Shown: positions 1 to 13,002, counted from the stretch's first letter. The stretch: DNA of 64,000 nt from Octopus vulgaris (GCA_951406725.2 OX597833.1:43338001-43402000), one strand, 5' to 3'. A program made the numbers and translations. Notes: generated from the sequence alone by a model not told the origin.

Positions 1-719
1 TAGAGTGAGCTTTTGCCACTTCCTGGTTAGGGAAGCGGACCACTACTGTGTTAAACTGAGGACCCCAGTTTATATATTCGTTTTTTTTTCATTATGTTTT
101 TTAAACATTTTTCTATATCCGTTTTTGTAATCTGTTCATTTTGTTTTTTGTTTTTTCTTATAATTTTATATATAATTGTCTTATTTTCTATTTGTTCCTT
201 TATGTGTTGAGGTGTATGCAGCACTAAATCCTGCCCTTGGGTTGTAAAGAGTGCTCTCGTTTCTATTAACTCTTCATTCGTAAATTTTATTATTTCTTTT
301 TTCTGACGCAGAGTATCAGCGAAATTTACTGGTACTGTTGATTCTTTTATATTAATATCTTCACTATTAGATGGTAAAATATTTTTTTCATTTTTGTTGT
401 TGTTCTTCTTGTTGCTGTTGTTTTTGTTAATAGTATTCGCGTGAGTTTCATTTTTATCATTTATGTTGGTCGTGGTGGTGGTGGTGGTGGTGGTGGTAGC
501 AGTAGTAGTTTCGTTGTTGTTGTTGTTAGTGGTGGTGGTGGTGGTGACAGGGCTGTTACCGCGAGCGGTTGCAGCGTTCACCACCACGTCACTTAGGTTT
601 GTCTTTGTCGAATGTGTGTGCGTGCATAAGTTCTTTTTTTCTCGTAGCGTTTCAAGTCTAGGAAAATGCTGGTCCATAAAGGAACGCGACCAGCGTTCTA
701 CAATAACATTTCTCGACAT
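1..719 (-). pseudogene. ORF1/gag-like region of a non-LTR retrotransposon (L1/Tx1-like), frameshifted, running off the window
   Basis: 222-aa ORF with a low-complexity Thr/Asn N-terminus and a basic region. Removing one base from the poly-T at 81-89 continues the frame as KKNEYINWGPQFNTVVVRFPNQEVAKAHS to the window edge, an RRM-like pattern typical of LINE ORF1. Family assignment is inference. Confidence 0.45.
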
Positions 720-918
720 TTTTTAATGTCGAGAAGAAAAATACACAAATTAAATAGGGTTGAAACTGCCCCTAGGGGCGAATTCCTCCCTTGGAAAAGC
801 ACTCAAACGAAAGTTGGGTGCCTTACACACCTTATTTACAACAATTTACACAAAATATGGGCTATAAATAGTCAAAATAAACGATTACCTTCGGAACCGA
901 GGTGACAACACGTCAGTC

Positions 919-1062
<144 letters not shown>

Positions 1063-1321
1063 TGCTTGGATATATGCATACGTGTTTGTACAAAATACAT
1101 ATGTATGTATGCTTGTTCGTGTACGTACATATATAAAGATGATATAAAATTTAGAGGAATGACTACTAAAGTGGACACCCTATATGCTAAACATAGACGT
1201 CAAATCACTATTACCACGAAGAATTTGGTCATTACTCTAAATTTTGTATGCTAGGCCACTGGTTTTAATTGATTAACATCAATTTCTAACCTTATTATTT
1301 AATTTTGAAATATATAAAGAT

Positions 1322-1414
<93 letters not shown>

Positions 1415-2004
1415 GTGCATACATACATACATATGTACATGCATACATTTATACATAGACTTTCATTTGTTCCTATTATCAGTTGGTGCACAGGGATTAC
1501 GTAACAACTGTGTTACGTAAAACACTAGAAATACTTGGTCTCTCCAGAAAAAAAGGGGGACAGAACAGACTAATTCACATTTACCTGGTACAATCGATCA
1601 GAGGAACAAGAAAATTTGTAAAATATTTCAAGGGGGTGAACATGTGCGCATAACCGCACAATCACGCAATCACATATACACATGGAATAACCACAGGTCC
1701 CAAGATCTGCTTTGGCTTAAATATATATTTCTTTACTGCCCACAAGGGGCTAAACATGGAGGGGACAAACAAGGACAGACGAAGGGATTAAGTCGATTAT
1801 ATCGCCCCCAGTTCGAAACTGGTACTTTATTTATCGACCCCGAAAGGATGAAAGGCAAGAGCCTTGATGTTTTGTTAATGACTAGCTTGAATTCTCTTAG
1901 AACGCAAAGACTTAAAATAAATATCAAAGAAGTATACACGCACGAATGCTAGCATTCCCACACACACACACGTGTGTGCGCGTGTGCTTTAGAATGTATG
2001 TTAC

Positions 2005-2411
2005 AGGCGCAGGAGTAGCTGTGTGGTAAGTAGCTTGTTTACCAACCACATGGTTCCGGGTTCAGTCCCACTGTGTGGCACCTTGGGCAAGTGTCTTCTA
2101 TTATAGCCTCGGGCCGACCGAAAGCCTTGTGAGTGGATATGGTAGACGGAAACTGAAAGAAGCCCGTCGTATATATGTACATGTATATATGTGTGTGGGT
2201 GTTTGTGTGTCTCTGTTTTTCATCCTAGCATTGCTTGACAACCGATGCTGGTGTGTTTATGTCCCCGTTACTTAGCGGTTCGGCAAAGAGAGACTGATAG
2301 AATAAGTACTGGGCTTACAAAAGAATAAGTCCCGGGGTCGAGTTGCTCGATTAAAGGCAGTGCTCCAGCATGGCCGCAGTCAAATCACTGAAACAAGTAA
2401 AAGATAAAGAG
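2005..2411 (+). mobile_element. SINE family A (tRNA-like head, CORE-like box, internal microsatellite), near full length
   Basis: Head GGCGCAGGAGTAGCTGTGTGGTAAG with B-box-like GGTTCAGTCCC, then GCACCTTGGGCAAGTG; tail GGCCGCAGTCAAATCACTGAAACAAGTAAAAGA. Many homologous copies in the window. Confidence 0.85.
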
Positions 2412-2571
2412 TTATGCCTCTACCGCCATCACTTCGTCTCAAATAAATCCTATGGTTGTCACTGCTGATGTGAAAGTTGCCAATTGGTGCTCAGTACTTT
2501 TCTTGTGTTAATATCCAGGTGGCAGATTTCGTAAGTGTCCACTCCAATATCCCCACAATTGGTACTAGCAC

Positions 2572-2731
2572 TGTATGTATGTATGTATGTATGTATGTAT
2601 GTATGTATGTATGTATTTATGTATGTGTGTGTATGTATGTATGTATTTATGTATGTATGTATGTATGTATGCATGCATGTATGTATGTAAGTATGTATGT
2701 ATGCATGCATGTATGCATGTATGTATGTATG

Positions 2732-2762
<31 letters not shown>

Positions 2763-2938
2763 GAATATATGTATGCATGTAAGCATGTATGTATGTATAT
2801 ATGTATGCATGTGTGTATGTATGTATGTTTGTATGTATGCATGTATGTATGCATGCATGTATGTATGTATGTGTGTGTATGTATGTATGCATGTATATAT
2901 GTATGTATGTTTGTATGTATGCATGTATGTATGTATGC

Positions 2939-2971
<33 letters not shown>

Positions 2972-3012
2972 TGTATGTATGTATGTATGTATGTATGTAT
3001 GTATTATGTATG
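2572..3012. repeat. (TATG)n microsatellite, imperfect
   Basis: Direct reading; source of the YVCM/HTYI ORFs. Confidence 0.95.
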
Positions 3013-3274
3013 TGTTGTGTTATGTTTTGTGTTATAATGAAGACACGAATACATTCAATGCAGATTTTTCGTATAATCAGTCCTTTACTATGCAGCCACC
3101 TAGCAGAATCGATAGAACGTCGGAAAAATGTATTTTGCGATATTTGTTCCGGCTGTTAATATTCTGAGTTCAAATCTCGCCGTACATTTTTGACATAATC
3201 ACTGCAGTATGTAATAACAGCTCAAGAAACATATCTAAATAGAAGTCTACAAGGCAAGCATCCTATTCTGTTAT

Positions 3275-5066
3275 TCTTTTACTTGCGTCAGTAATGTGAC
3301 TGTGGCCATGCTGGGGCACCGCCTTTAGTCGAGCAAATCGACCGCAGGACTTATTCTTTGTAAGCCTAGTACTTATTCTCTCGGTCTCTCTTGCCGAACC
3401 GCTAAGTTACGTGGACGTAAACACACTAGCATCGGTTGTCAAAACGTTGCTTACTTTTCACTCAACCATATATACATATACCAGCAGAGGTACCCGGCGT
3501 TGCTCGGGATTAAAAGAACATAGTTTGTATACATGTTACAGTTATGTTGAAACAGGTGATACAGGAAAGTGCAGCATTGATGGCAAAACATTTGTGGAGT
3601 AGCTGATGGGCTAATTCGACTAAGCGACATGCCATTCGTCCGTTTGGAGTATTCCAGGTCGTAACCTGTCATGGAGAATTGGAGGTGGGGGCTATATGAT
3701 TTTTGAAAACACCGGAAAGCTGTCAGTAGATATACTCTCCTTTGCAGCAGTCGGCGCTGCTGTCTAATACGACCCATCGTCTGAAGTTTGGACGCCTCCT
3801 TTGGGTTTGTTGTCCTATAACACTCATAAAGTAAATTTAGAGGAACTGTGGCTGTTCATTTGTGGGTAACAGGGAAGCAATGAGGTAATTGACTTGCCCT
3901 TGAACTTTGAACGTCGGTGTTTTTCCATGTTCAATTATCTCCTTAGATGCACCAAACGATGTTATTTGAATCGCAGGGTTGTATTGTCTGATATTGTTCA
4001 GAAAATCCTTTGACTGGATGGAGGTACTCTCCAGAAGACCCATTAGAGGTTGCGGAGGTTCTGGTAGTTCTGGCAATCTTACCTTACCTCCTGGGCAGCA
4101 CATGTCATTAGTTTTATTTGGAAACTTTAAAGCTTTGCAGAAACGACAATTTGAGTTTAGTACACCAATTTGGACAAAATTATCATTTTTATAAGAATGG
4201 GATAGATCATATCTGAAAGCAGTTCCAGGGGTTGTGAAGAACGAATTTGTACGTAGTCTATTCGACCGCTAGTCTATTGGACCGCTAGTCTATTGGACCA
4301 CTGTCTAATCAGTAAAACGTTGTTTTAATGATTCAGCATTAAGTGCAGTAACATGCCTTTGCTGATGTTGGGAAAGTCTCATCTCCCTTCTCTCTTCAGA
4401 CTCCATCTGACGTGTTGTAGCATGTATTCGCTGATCTTGGGAAAGTCTAATCTCCCTCCACTCATCAGACGCCAACTGACTTGCTGTAGCATACCTTTGC
4501 TGATCTTGAGAAAGCCTCATCGCGCTTCTGTTTTGAGACTGCATTTGATGTGCTGTAGCATGCGTATGTTGATCTTGGGTAAGTCTCATAAATATAATAG
4601 AAATAAGATGATCTTAGTGTTATCACATTAGAATTAAAAGTGGAAGAATAAAAGTGAAACAATATTATATCACATTACAGTATAGATCTTATTCTTTCAC
4701 TTTTGACACGCAATACCAAACCAGTGCCAATGTTATATTGATTTAATCCAAATGAAACAAAAATTACATGTTGTCACTTATGGGGTCTGATACTATTACC
4801 TTGTAAAATTTGATTTGATTTGGTCGAGCCGTTTGAGAATGCATAGGGAACAGAGACACAAAGAATTTTATATGTATGTATAGATACACACACACACACA
4901 CACATACAACGGGTTACTTTCAGTTTCCATCTGCCAAATTCACTCACAAGGCTGTGGAAGGCTCAAGGCTTTAGAAGATATTTGCCCAAGGTGCCACGCA
5001 GTAGGACTGAACACGAAGCCATATGGTTGGAAAGCAAGCTTCTTACCACAGAGCCACGCCTACGCG
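3275..5066 (-). mobile_element. SINE family A copy split by a Helitron
   Basis: The 3' half at ~3275-3450 and the 5' half at ~4900-5066 match the reverse complement of 2005-2411; the Helitron lies between them. Confidence 0.8.
3481..4884 (-). mobile_element. Internally deleted Helitron with a RepHel N-terminal remnant
   Basis: On the minus strand it begins A|TCTATACATACATATAAAATT (4884) and ends with hairpin CCCGAGCAACGCCGGG plus CTGG|T (CTRR, 3481). It encodes ~22-aa repeats (RLSQDQQRHATA...; 4305-4589) and CCPGGKVRLPELPEPPQPL...IRQYN...TSFGA...PTFKVQGQV..IASLLP...PQFL (3837-4103), the conserved Helitron N-terminal block. Confidence 0.9.
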
Positions 5067-5284
5067 TATTGTTTAAATTTGTAATCCAGCGATATTGTTA
5101 GTAACAACGTAATTCCCATGAGCTTGCTACCAATGATAAAAACGTAGTAAATATAAGACGCCACTGACAATCACTTCGCACTGTAAATAGGACAGCAGAG
5201 TTCTTGACAGGCTTAAAATATTTTGCTTTGAAATATGGAACTGGTCTCCTCCTGTGTTTTCCTTTTTTTTCTTTATCTTTTTTT

Positions 5285-5627
5285 TTTTTACTTATTTCAG
5301 TTATTAGACTGCGGCCATGCTGGGACACCGCCTTGTGGAATTTTAGTCCAAAGAATCGACCCCAGAACTAATTTTTTGAAAGTCTGGTACTTATAGTATC
5401 GTTCTTTTTTGCCGAATTACTAAACACACCAATGCCGGTCAAGTGATGCTGGGGAACACACACACACACATATGACGGGCTTTTTTTCAGTTTCCTTCTA
5501 GCAAATCTACTCACAAGGCTTTGGTCGGTACGAGGCTATAGCAGAAGACACTTGCCCAAGGTGTCATGCAGCGGGACTGAACCCGGAACCATGTGCTTAG
5601 CAAGCAAACTTCTTACCACACAACTAC
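5285..5627 (-). mobile_element. SINE family A copy
   Basis: Homologous to the reverse complement of 2005-2411. Confidence 0.8.
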
Positions 5628-5965
5628 TCTTTTTTTGTTGTTGTTTTTGTTACAAATTAACCAAAGCAGTTATTTTACTATTTGAACAGTTGGTTTGTGA
5701 ATTTTGTTAACAGGAATTTTGTTTATCAGTTTGTTGTTGTTTTTCTTCAGTTTCTAAGTCCTTTTGGCTTGTTTTATACAGTTAATCGTTCTAACAGAAA
5801 AATTATATTAACAACAATGTGTGCATCTCTAAATGTGAGCATATGTGTGTATGTGTGAGGGGGATGAATGAGTGCATATCTGTGTTTGAGGATGTGCGCA
5901 TGTATGTGTGTCAATATATGTTTAGACCCTTTTGGGCAACAAAGAAATATATCTGTATGTTGTTT

Positions 5966-6084
5966 GCTTACGGCCGTATCACGTGAAAGCTCCAGTTCTC
6001 GTCTGATCACCGTAGTTAAGCAACATCGAGCCTAGTGAGTACTTAGACGAGTGACCGTTTGGGAAAACCTAGGTGCTGTAAGCA
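5966..6084 (+). pseudogene. 5S rRNA pseudogene / orphan copy
   Basis: 119 nt, GCTTACGGCCGTATCACG...CTCGTCTGATCACCGTAGTTAAGCAA...AGTACTTAGACGAGTGACC...TGGGAAAACC..GGTGCTGTAAGC, colinear with metazoan 5S. Box C is diverged, there is no oligo-T terminator and it is not in an array. Confidence 0.88.
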
Positions 6085-6099
6085 TCTCACACGTTTGAA

Positions 6100-6705
6100 G
6101 GCGGCGAGCTAGCAGAAACGTTAGCACGCCGGACGAAATGCTTAGCGATATTTCGTCTGCCGTTACGTTCTGAGTTCAAATTCCGCCGAGGTCGACTTTG
6201 CCTTTCAGCCTTTCGGGGTCGATTGAATAAGTACCAGTACGCACTGGGGTCGATATAATCGATTTAATCCGTTTGTCTGTCCTTGTTTGTCCCCTCTGTG
6301 TTTAGCCCCTTGTGGGCAGTAAAGAAATAGGTATTTCGTCTGCCGTTACGTCCTGAGTTCAAGTTCCGCCAAGATCGACTTTTGCCTTTCATCCTTTCGG
6401 GGTCGATAAATTAAGTTCCAGTTATACATTGGGGTCGATGAAATCGACTTAATCCGTTTGTCTGTCCTTGTTTGTCTCCTCTATGTTTAGCCCCTTGTAG
6501 GCAGTAAAGAAATAAGAAACTTTAGCACGCCGAGTGAAATGCTTCGTCCGTCTTTACGTTCTGAGTTCAAATTTTGCCGAAGTCGACTTTGCCTTTCATC
6601 CTTTCGGGGTCGATAAATCAAGTATCAGTTGCATACTGGGGTCGATCTAATCGACTGGTCCCCTCCTCAAAAATGTCGAGCCTTGTGTCTAGAGTAGAAA
6701 AGAAT
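6100..6705 (+). mobile_element. SINE family B: head plus two tandem ~182-bp bodies, followed by a variant copy
   Basis: GGCGGCGAGCTAGCAGAAACGTTAGC head, GAGTTCAAATTCC B-box, core GTCGACTTTGCCTTTCATCCTTTCGGGGTCGAT..AAGTACCAG; the body restarts at ~6330. Confidence 0.88.
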
Positions 6706-8825
6706 ATATGCATGTTGTGTCTATGAATGTGGGTAAGTACAAGTCTGTAAAATACATGAATGTGTGTATCTGTGAAGACATGCATCTGTACATCTATGAA
6801 TGTGTGCATGTGTTACCTATATGGTGACCTGTGAAATATAGCAGCATTGTTGTTGTTGTTATTTTTCGAAGACCTTTGCAGTCCCTTGGAGACTAACGGA
6901 ACCGATGCCATTAACGAACGCCATATGTCCTTTAAGCAATTTCCTTTAACCTTCTACCGCATACGTTCTCTCTCTTTCTCTCTCTCTATTTCACTTCCTC
7001 TCCTTTTCGCTGTCTTCTCCCCTCCTCCTTTTATCTTTCTTATCTCTTTCTTCTCTCCTCTTTCTTTCCATACAAACACACAAACACAAAAACAAACATA
7101 TACACATCCAAATATACACATGAAGTTCAACAGTACCATCCGACCATTCGGCGCCGCCATTTACCCCTCTCTCATCTCACACCCTCATCTCATTCTTTAC
7201 GCCGCGAACTGATGAATGGGCCAACAGCTACTCACTCGATCTGCTAGAAATATAACCAAATTTCCCTCAAACCACATCTGAACGTAGGGTTTCTTGTACA
7301 TGAGTAAAAAACACAAGATAGTTATTTGCTGGAACGCCTTTGATCATAGGTCTACGTGATCCGGTTGACCTAGAGTTAAACAGTAGCAGCAACAGCAACG
7401 ACGTGGATAACAACAACAACAACAACAGCAACAACAGCAACAACAACAACAACAACAACACAACAAACAACAACAAAAACAGCAAAAACAGCAACACAAC
7501 AAACAACAATAACAATAAACCATATGCCACCAAATCTGTCACCACGATAAGGAAACTAGATTTTTTAGAGATCAATCGGTCTATAATGACTTAACCGTTC
7601 GTCAAATGGTTTAAATAGCCCACCCATTACCAAACCACCACTACAACGCCCATCACTACCACCGCCACCACCACTATCACCATCACCACCATCACCATCA
7701 TCATCGTTATCATCATCATCATCGTTGTCACCATGTCCTAATACGATCACCACCATCATCCCAACCGCCGCCACCAATACTATCACCATTGCCACCACAA
7801 TCACAACCACAACCGCCACCATCACCATCACTACCATTACCTGCACTATCACCATCGCCATGATCAACATCACTGCAAACACCTCCACTATCGACATTAC
7901 GGCCCATTACCGCCCGTCACAATTACAACAATCGTTGCCATTTAACATCAACGCCACCACCTTCAACATCAACATCATCCATACCGCAACAAACATTTCC
8001 GCCGCCGCCACCACGTCACTACCACTACCACTACCATGGCCAACATCATTTCACAGACTTTGCGAGCAAGCACTTCCAGAACTAACACACATGCACACAT
8101 CACTTCCACGATCACCTCCACCTCATCCACCTTTTCTTCAACCTTCTCTTTCTCTTCTTCTTCTACTTCTTCCTCCTCCTCCTCCTCCTCCACTACCACC
8201 TCCACCACTACCAGAAACACACCTACTACTGCCACACCCAAAGATCTGACAGCGTCTCATGTGACAAGTGTCACAGATAATAGTGGAATTAAAGGGAGGG
8301 GGAGAAGTTGTAAGGGGAGGAGGAGAGATTTGAAGGTTACACCGAAAATGTTTACACATGCGCACACAAACGCAAACATGTGTGCGTATATAAGTATGCA
8401 CGTGTGTATATATACGTATGTATGCACACATTCATGTATATATGTATGTGTGGTTTGTGTATATGTGTATATGATTGTATGTATGTACATTTGTATGTAT
8501 ATGTGTATGTAGATGTATGTATGCATGCATGTATGTATCTATGTTTGTATGTTTCTTTGTTCGACCAACCACTGTCTGCTCTGCTTTACTTCAGTCGCGC
8601 AAGACTTTCAATGTTTATTTGTTATCTTTCATTATTCTGCCCAGTGCTTTGTTTGATTTGACTAAAACAGCTTATTATTCTTTTTCGTGCTCTGTCTCGT
8701 GATATGTACGCCCAATCTCAAGTCCCTTCTCTTAATCCTTTGTTATCATCCTGTTTTTTCAAGCGCCGAAATCGTAATGACTTTGGATAAAAGTTAGCTG
8801 ATATAACGGTATTACCCGCATCTTA

Positions 8826-9243
8826 AGGCGGCGAGCTGGCAGAAACGTTAGCACGCCAGGCGAAATGCTTAGCGGTATTTCGTCTGCCGCTACGTTCTGA
8901 GTTCAAATTCCGCCGAGGTCGACTTTGCCTTTCATCCTTTCGGGGTCGATTAAGTAAATACTAGTTATGCACTGGGGTCGATATAATCGACTTGATCCGT
9001 TTGTCTGTCCTTGTTTGCCCCCTCTATGTTTAGCTCCTTGTGGGCAATAAAGAAATAGGTATTTCGTCTGCCGCTACGTTCTGAGTTCAAATTCCGCCGA
9101 GGTCCACTTTGCCTTTCATCCTTTCGGGGTCGATTAAATAAGTACCAGTTACACACTGGGGTCGATATAATCGACTTAATCCGTTTGTCTGTCCTTGTTT
9201 GTCCTCTCTGTGTTTAGTCCCTCGTGGGTAGTAAAGAAATAGA
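8826..9243 (+). mobile_element. SINE family B dimer with a 14-bp target-site duplication
   Basis: Body repeats at 8874 and 9058 (184-bp period); TSD TATTACCCGCATCT at 8810-8823 and 9244-9257. Confidence 0.92.
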
Positions 9244-9389
9244 TATTACCCGCATCTAATTTTGTCCTTTCTGTTAATTGCCGTACGCGTCATTTGCCTT
9301 TACTTTGGTGTGTGTGTGTCCGTTGTATTATAAAAAAAAATGTGTGCAAAGCAATTAACAAGAGTAGTCAATAACTGTGGAAATAAAAA

Positions 9390-10155
9390 CTGGCACTCCG
9401 TCGGTTATTAGGACAAGGGTTCCAGTTGATCAACAGAACAGCCTACTCGTGAAATTAACGTTCAAGCGAGTGGGCACTCCACAGACACGTATACCCTTCA
9501 CGTAGTTCTCAAGGATATTCAGCGTGACACAGAATATGTTAAGGCTGGCCCTTTGAATTACAAGTACCGTAAATCCTCGAGTATAGTCCTCCTTTGAGTA
9601 TAATACGCAGGGGATTTTTAGGGGGCTGCACCTCTGAAAAACCTAAACCTTGTGTATAATACGCACATCTTCTCTAACTTGAGTCAAGGAGGTCTATATA
9701 ACGTTCTTGGTTTGTAAAAAGATGTATGCAGTAACATCCTTTATTATTATTGCATATCTAACATAATGCAAACGTGTAGCATTTTTGTGCATTTTGTTTG
9801 CAGAAAATAAAGAAATAACAGTAATAATAGTAATAACGTTTAATAAATTTTGCTTACAGCAAGTTACAGATGATTCTTTTATGAGTTCATTGCTTTCAGG
9901 CTTAGCTTAAGGTATTTTCACACCCGACATCACAAAATGCATCTGAATAAACATTGCTGGACAGCAAATAGAGACTCGGACATTGCTTAGAAATTAATTT
10001 TCATTTTTAACCTCGTATATAGTACGCACTAGGGATTTTGACCTTTAAATTTCGGGGGGAAAATGCGGATTATACTTGAGGATTTACGGTACTACTCAAT
10101 TTTTCCACCTTGAGATCGTGAGCTAAATACCCTAACTACTAAGCCACGTGCCTTC
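9390..10155 (-). mobile_element. SINE family C-related copy interrupted by a MITE
   Basis: The flanks join to CCCTTTGAATTACAAGTA|CTACTCAATTTTT, matching the uninterrupted relative at ~57440-57755; tRNA-like head at ~10110-10155. Confidence 0.72.
9567..10089. mobile_element. Tc1/mariner-pogo-type MITE
   Basis: TIRs CCGTAAATCCTCGAGTATA / TATACTTGAGGATTTACGG with TA duplication (9565-9566, 10090-10091); no ORF. Confidence 0.88.
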
Positions 10156-10687
10156 GTAGAAGGAAAAAAAAAACAGGTTTAAAGAAATGGTGTGATAATA
10201 CTTAAGTACTAACTTATACAAAGAGACACTGGAACATATATAAAGCTACTTATGGAATAAATATATACTACATTCTGTCTTCGGATACAAATGTATTTCT
10301 AGCGATATAAATGTATATGGATATGCGAAGCTTCCATCGACAGAATTGAAAGGGGAGTTGTGTGACTTGCATGACATGGTACTTCTCGTAACATAGAAGC
10401 CGGTAAAATACGAAAGCAGTCAAAATATCAGGAACAGAAATACACTCGCTCTGCTTTGCATAAGAGACTTTACAAGAGAGAGAATGAGAGAGAAGGGGAG
10501 AGAGAGAGAGAGTAGAGAGTAAGAGGGTGAGAGAAATCTTCATTTACTGAAATTAATATTAAGAATTGAATTTAAAATTAACTTTTCGCAATCAGCTGTT
10601 ATAGTAATTATAGTAATAATTATTTTGCAACCATAACGGATTTAATGTCTATGCGTGTGTATATGCGTATACACACGCACACTCACA

Positions 10688-10819
<132 letters not shown>

Positions 10820-11217
10820 ATACACACACACACACGAGTTGTCGTCATATTAAATTATAATTATTTAATTATAATCATTACTACAACGGAAATGTGTGTG
10901 TGTGTGTGTGTGTGTGTGTCTGAGTATTTATGTATGTATTCATGTATGTATACATATATATCAGCTGTGCATTATTAAATTGAAGCAATATTACTCAACT
11001 ATAACGGAAATACACACATATATATACATATATATACACATACATAAGCCTACGTTTTTGTGCCGAAGGCTTATATGCCCCATTATTAGACTATTTCCCT
11101 TAGTCATTTGCACGGTGATTGCTATAAGCTTTAAGCTTATAACAAAAATACCATTATTGTTTTTTTACACAATTGTAAAACTCAACACCGCTTAACAAAA
11201 TCATATATATATACATG

Positions 11218-11261
<44 letters not shown>

Positions 11262-11263
<2 letters not shown>

Positions 11264-11433
11264 AAATACAAAATGGGGCAAGAACGCAAAACATCCAGAC
11301 AGTTAGGTGATACAAAAAAGGGACAACAAAACATCCAGATAGAGATACGAAGAAAAACAAGGAGGGGTTATTCGGAGTTTTCTTTCCTCAGTCGAGTTTC
11401 AGATTATCTTTGCAATTTCTGCTGGTTATACTC
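11262..11433 (-). mobile_element. Fragment of the non-coding structured-repeat family also at 19306-20543 and 46292-46565
   Basis: Shares GAAATTGC...AATC...GACTGAGGA...CGAATAA (minus strand) and the ACAAAACATCCAGA tail with 46292-46565; flanked by (TG)n/(TA)n. Confidence 0.7.
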
Positions 11434-11443
11434 GATATATATA

Positions 11444-11490
<47 letters not shown>

Positions 11491-12104
11491 TTAAATGATT
11501 AGTGAAAGCATAATAAATGTATAAAAGTGAAAATAATATTTAGCACTACAGCATGAGAGATTTGAATAAAAGAACGGAAATCTGATTTCAACTAAGAATA
11601 TGAGAATGAAACATTTATTTAGTATCCGTGTGTTAGTATCAGTGTGTGTGTGTTCGTGTACGTGTAAATATAGACATACACACGTATAGATGTGTGTGCG
11701 TGTGTGTGTGTGTGGCGGGGTGTCTGGTCAGCACAGAGATTTCTCGTTTTGGCTAGAACAAAAAACAAAAGACAAAAAAAAAACAATCTTCCAGTGCAGC
11801 CTCATGTCTAACGTTTCTTTTGTATTCATTATCAAAGGTTTCTTTAACATTTTACGAAGTATAAGATGCAGTGAAAGCCAGATGGAAATTAGAAATGCCA
11901 AAGTCCACTGTTGCTGTTATTGATCTTCTTCTTCTTCTTCTTCTTCTTCTTCTTCTTCTTCTTCTTCTTCTTCTTCTTCTTCTTCATCATCTTCATCTTC
12001 ATCTTTATCTTTATCTTCATCTTCATCTTCATCTTCATCTTCTTCTTCTTCTTCTTCTTCTTTTTCTTCTCGTTATTATTATTATTATTATTATTATCGT
12101 TTAT

Positions 12105-12360
12105 TTTCTTTGAACAGCGTCCACGGTGCCAGCTGTTCACCACTAGTGAACTAAGGTAACACCCCTTATTTTTCGAGCACCATCCGGAGTATTCGAGCGG
12201 TTCCAAGCAGTGCCATTTTCTGCAAGTGCTCCACTCTTATTGCAGCCCCTATTTCTTCCATGTACTCAAGATTTTTACTCACTGTTCCCAGGGCTCCGAC
12301 AATTATTGGTACTACTACCACCTTTTTTCATCGACCACAACTGCTTAACCTCCCAATCAT
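12105..12360 (-). mobile_element. R4/Dong-like RLE LINE 3' fragment
   Basis: The minus strand reads VVVPIIVGALGTVSKNLEYMEEIGAAIRVEHLQKMALLGTARILRMVLEK*, then a short 3'UTR and (TAA)n. Confidence 0.8.
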
Positions 12361-12688
12361 ATCACAGGTTTTTGTTGGAACTCCTGGAGTCTTGCATGTG
12401 CAGTGGGCTTAACTATCTGTAGCCTACTGTACCATGCTATTCGTTCTTATTATTTTCATTATCATCTTCTTTAAATTCTGTTTCCATTTCTTGCCGAGTG
12501 TCTCCCTGATACCTAGGGCAGAGAAACGTTCTGTAAACATTGGTAGAGCCATTAAAATAAACACACCAGATTGTTCATTTACAAAGTCATGTGACAGAGA
12601 AAAAAGGGGAAGAAGGACAGAAGGAAAAGGGAAAAACTAAAAAATAAAAAGTAAATAATGAAAATAACGGGGGAAAAGGAAAGATAAT

Positions 12689-12965
12689 TCACAGCGACAA
12701 TGTTCTTCTCGGTACGTATGACGTAACAGTAAAGACATTCTTTTGGACTTCCTGCATGGATGGTAAGCCAGGGATCATTCTTAAATAGTTTTCAGTTCCA
12801 TTTTTTATGATTCCAAGTGCTCCTACAATCACTGGTATTATAACCGTCTTGAGACGCCTCATCTTTTCGATTTCGATTAGCAAATGTTTATATTTTCTGC
12901 GCTTATCAAATTCTTTTGCCGAGATATTATCGTCACAGGGTACGCTCATGTCAAGCAACATGGTT
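12689..12965 (-). mobile_element. R4/Dong-like RLE LINE 3' fragment
   Basis: LLDMSVPCDDNISAKEFDKRRKYKHL.IEIEKM...VIIPVIVGALG...QK: restriction-like endonuclease C-terminus. Confidence 0.85.
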
Positions 12966-13002
12966 ACTTATTATTATTATTATGATTATTATTATTATTA
13001 TT

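Noticed and set aside
2459-3167. Long ORFs such as MYVCMYVC / HTYIHTYI, and similar ones throughout (YIYI, LSLS, poly-Q/T/C)
   Set aside because: Translations of stop-free microsatellites, with no protein-like complexity.
7565-8260. Thr/Pro/Ser-rich ORFs suggesting a mucin or extensin exon
   Set aside because: Degenerate (CAC/CAT/CCT)n simple repeats open in several frames on both strands, with no convincing splice sites.
11046-11098. Hammerhead-like ghost on the minus strand (AGUCUAAUAA…AAAACGUAGGCU)
   Set aside because: G5, G8 and G12 would all be mutated and stem II is poor; cannot be supported without a family consensus.
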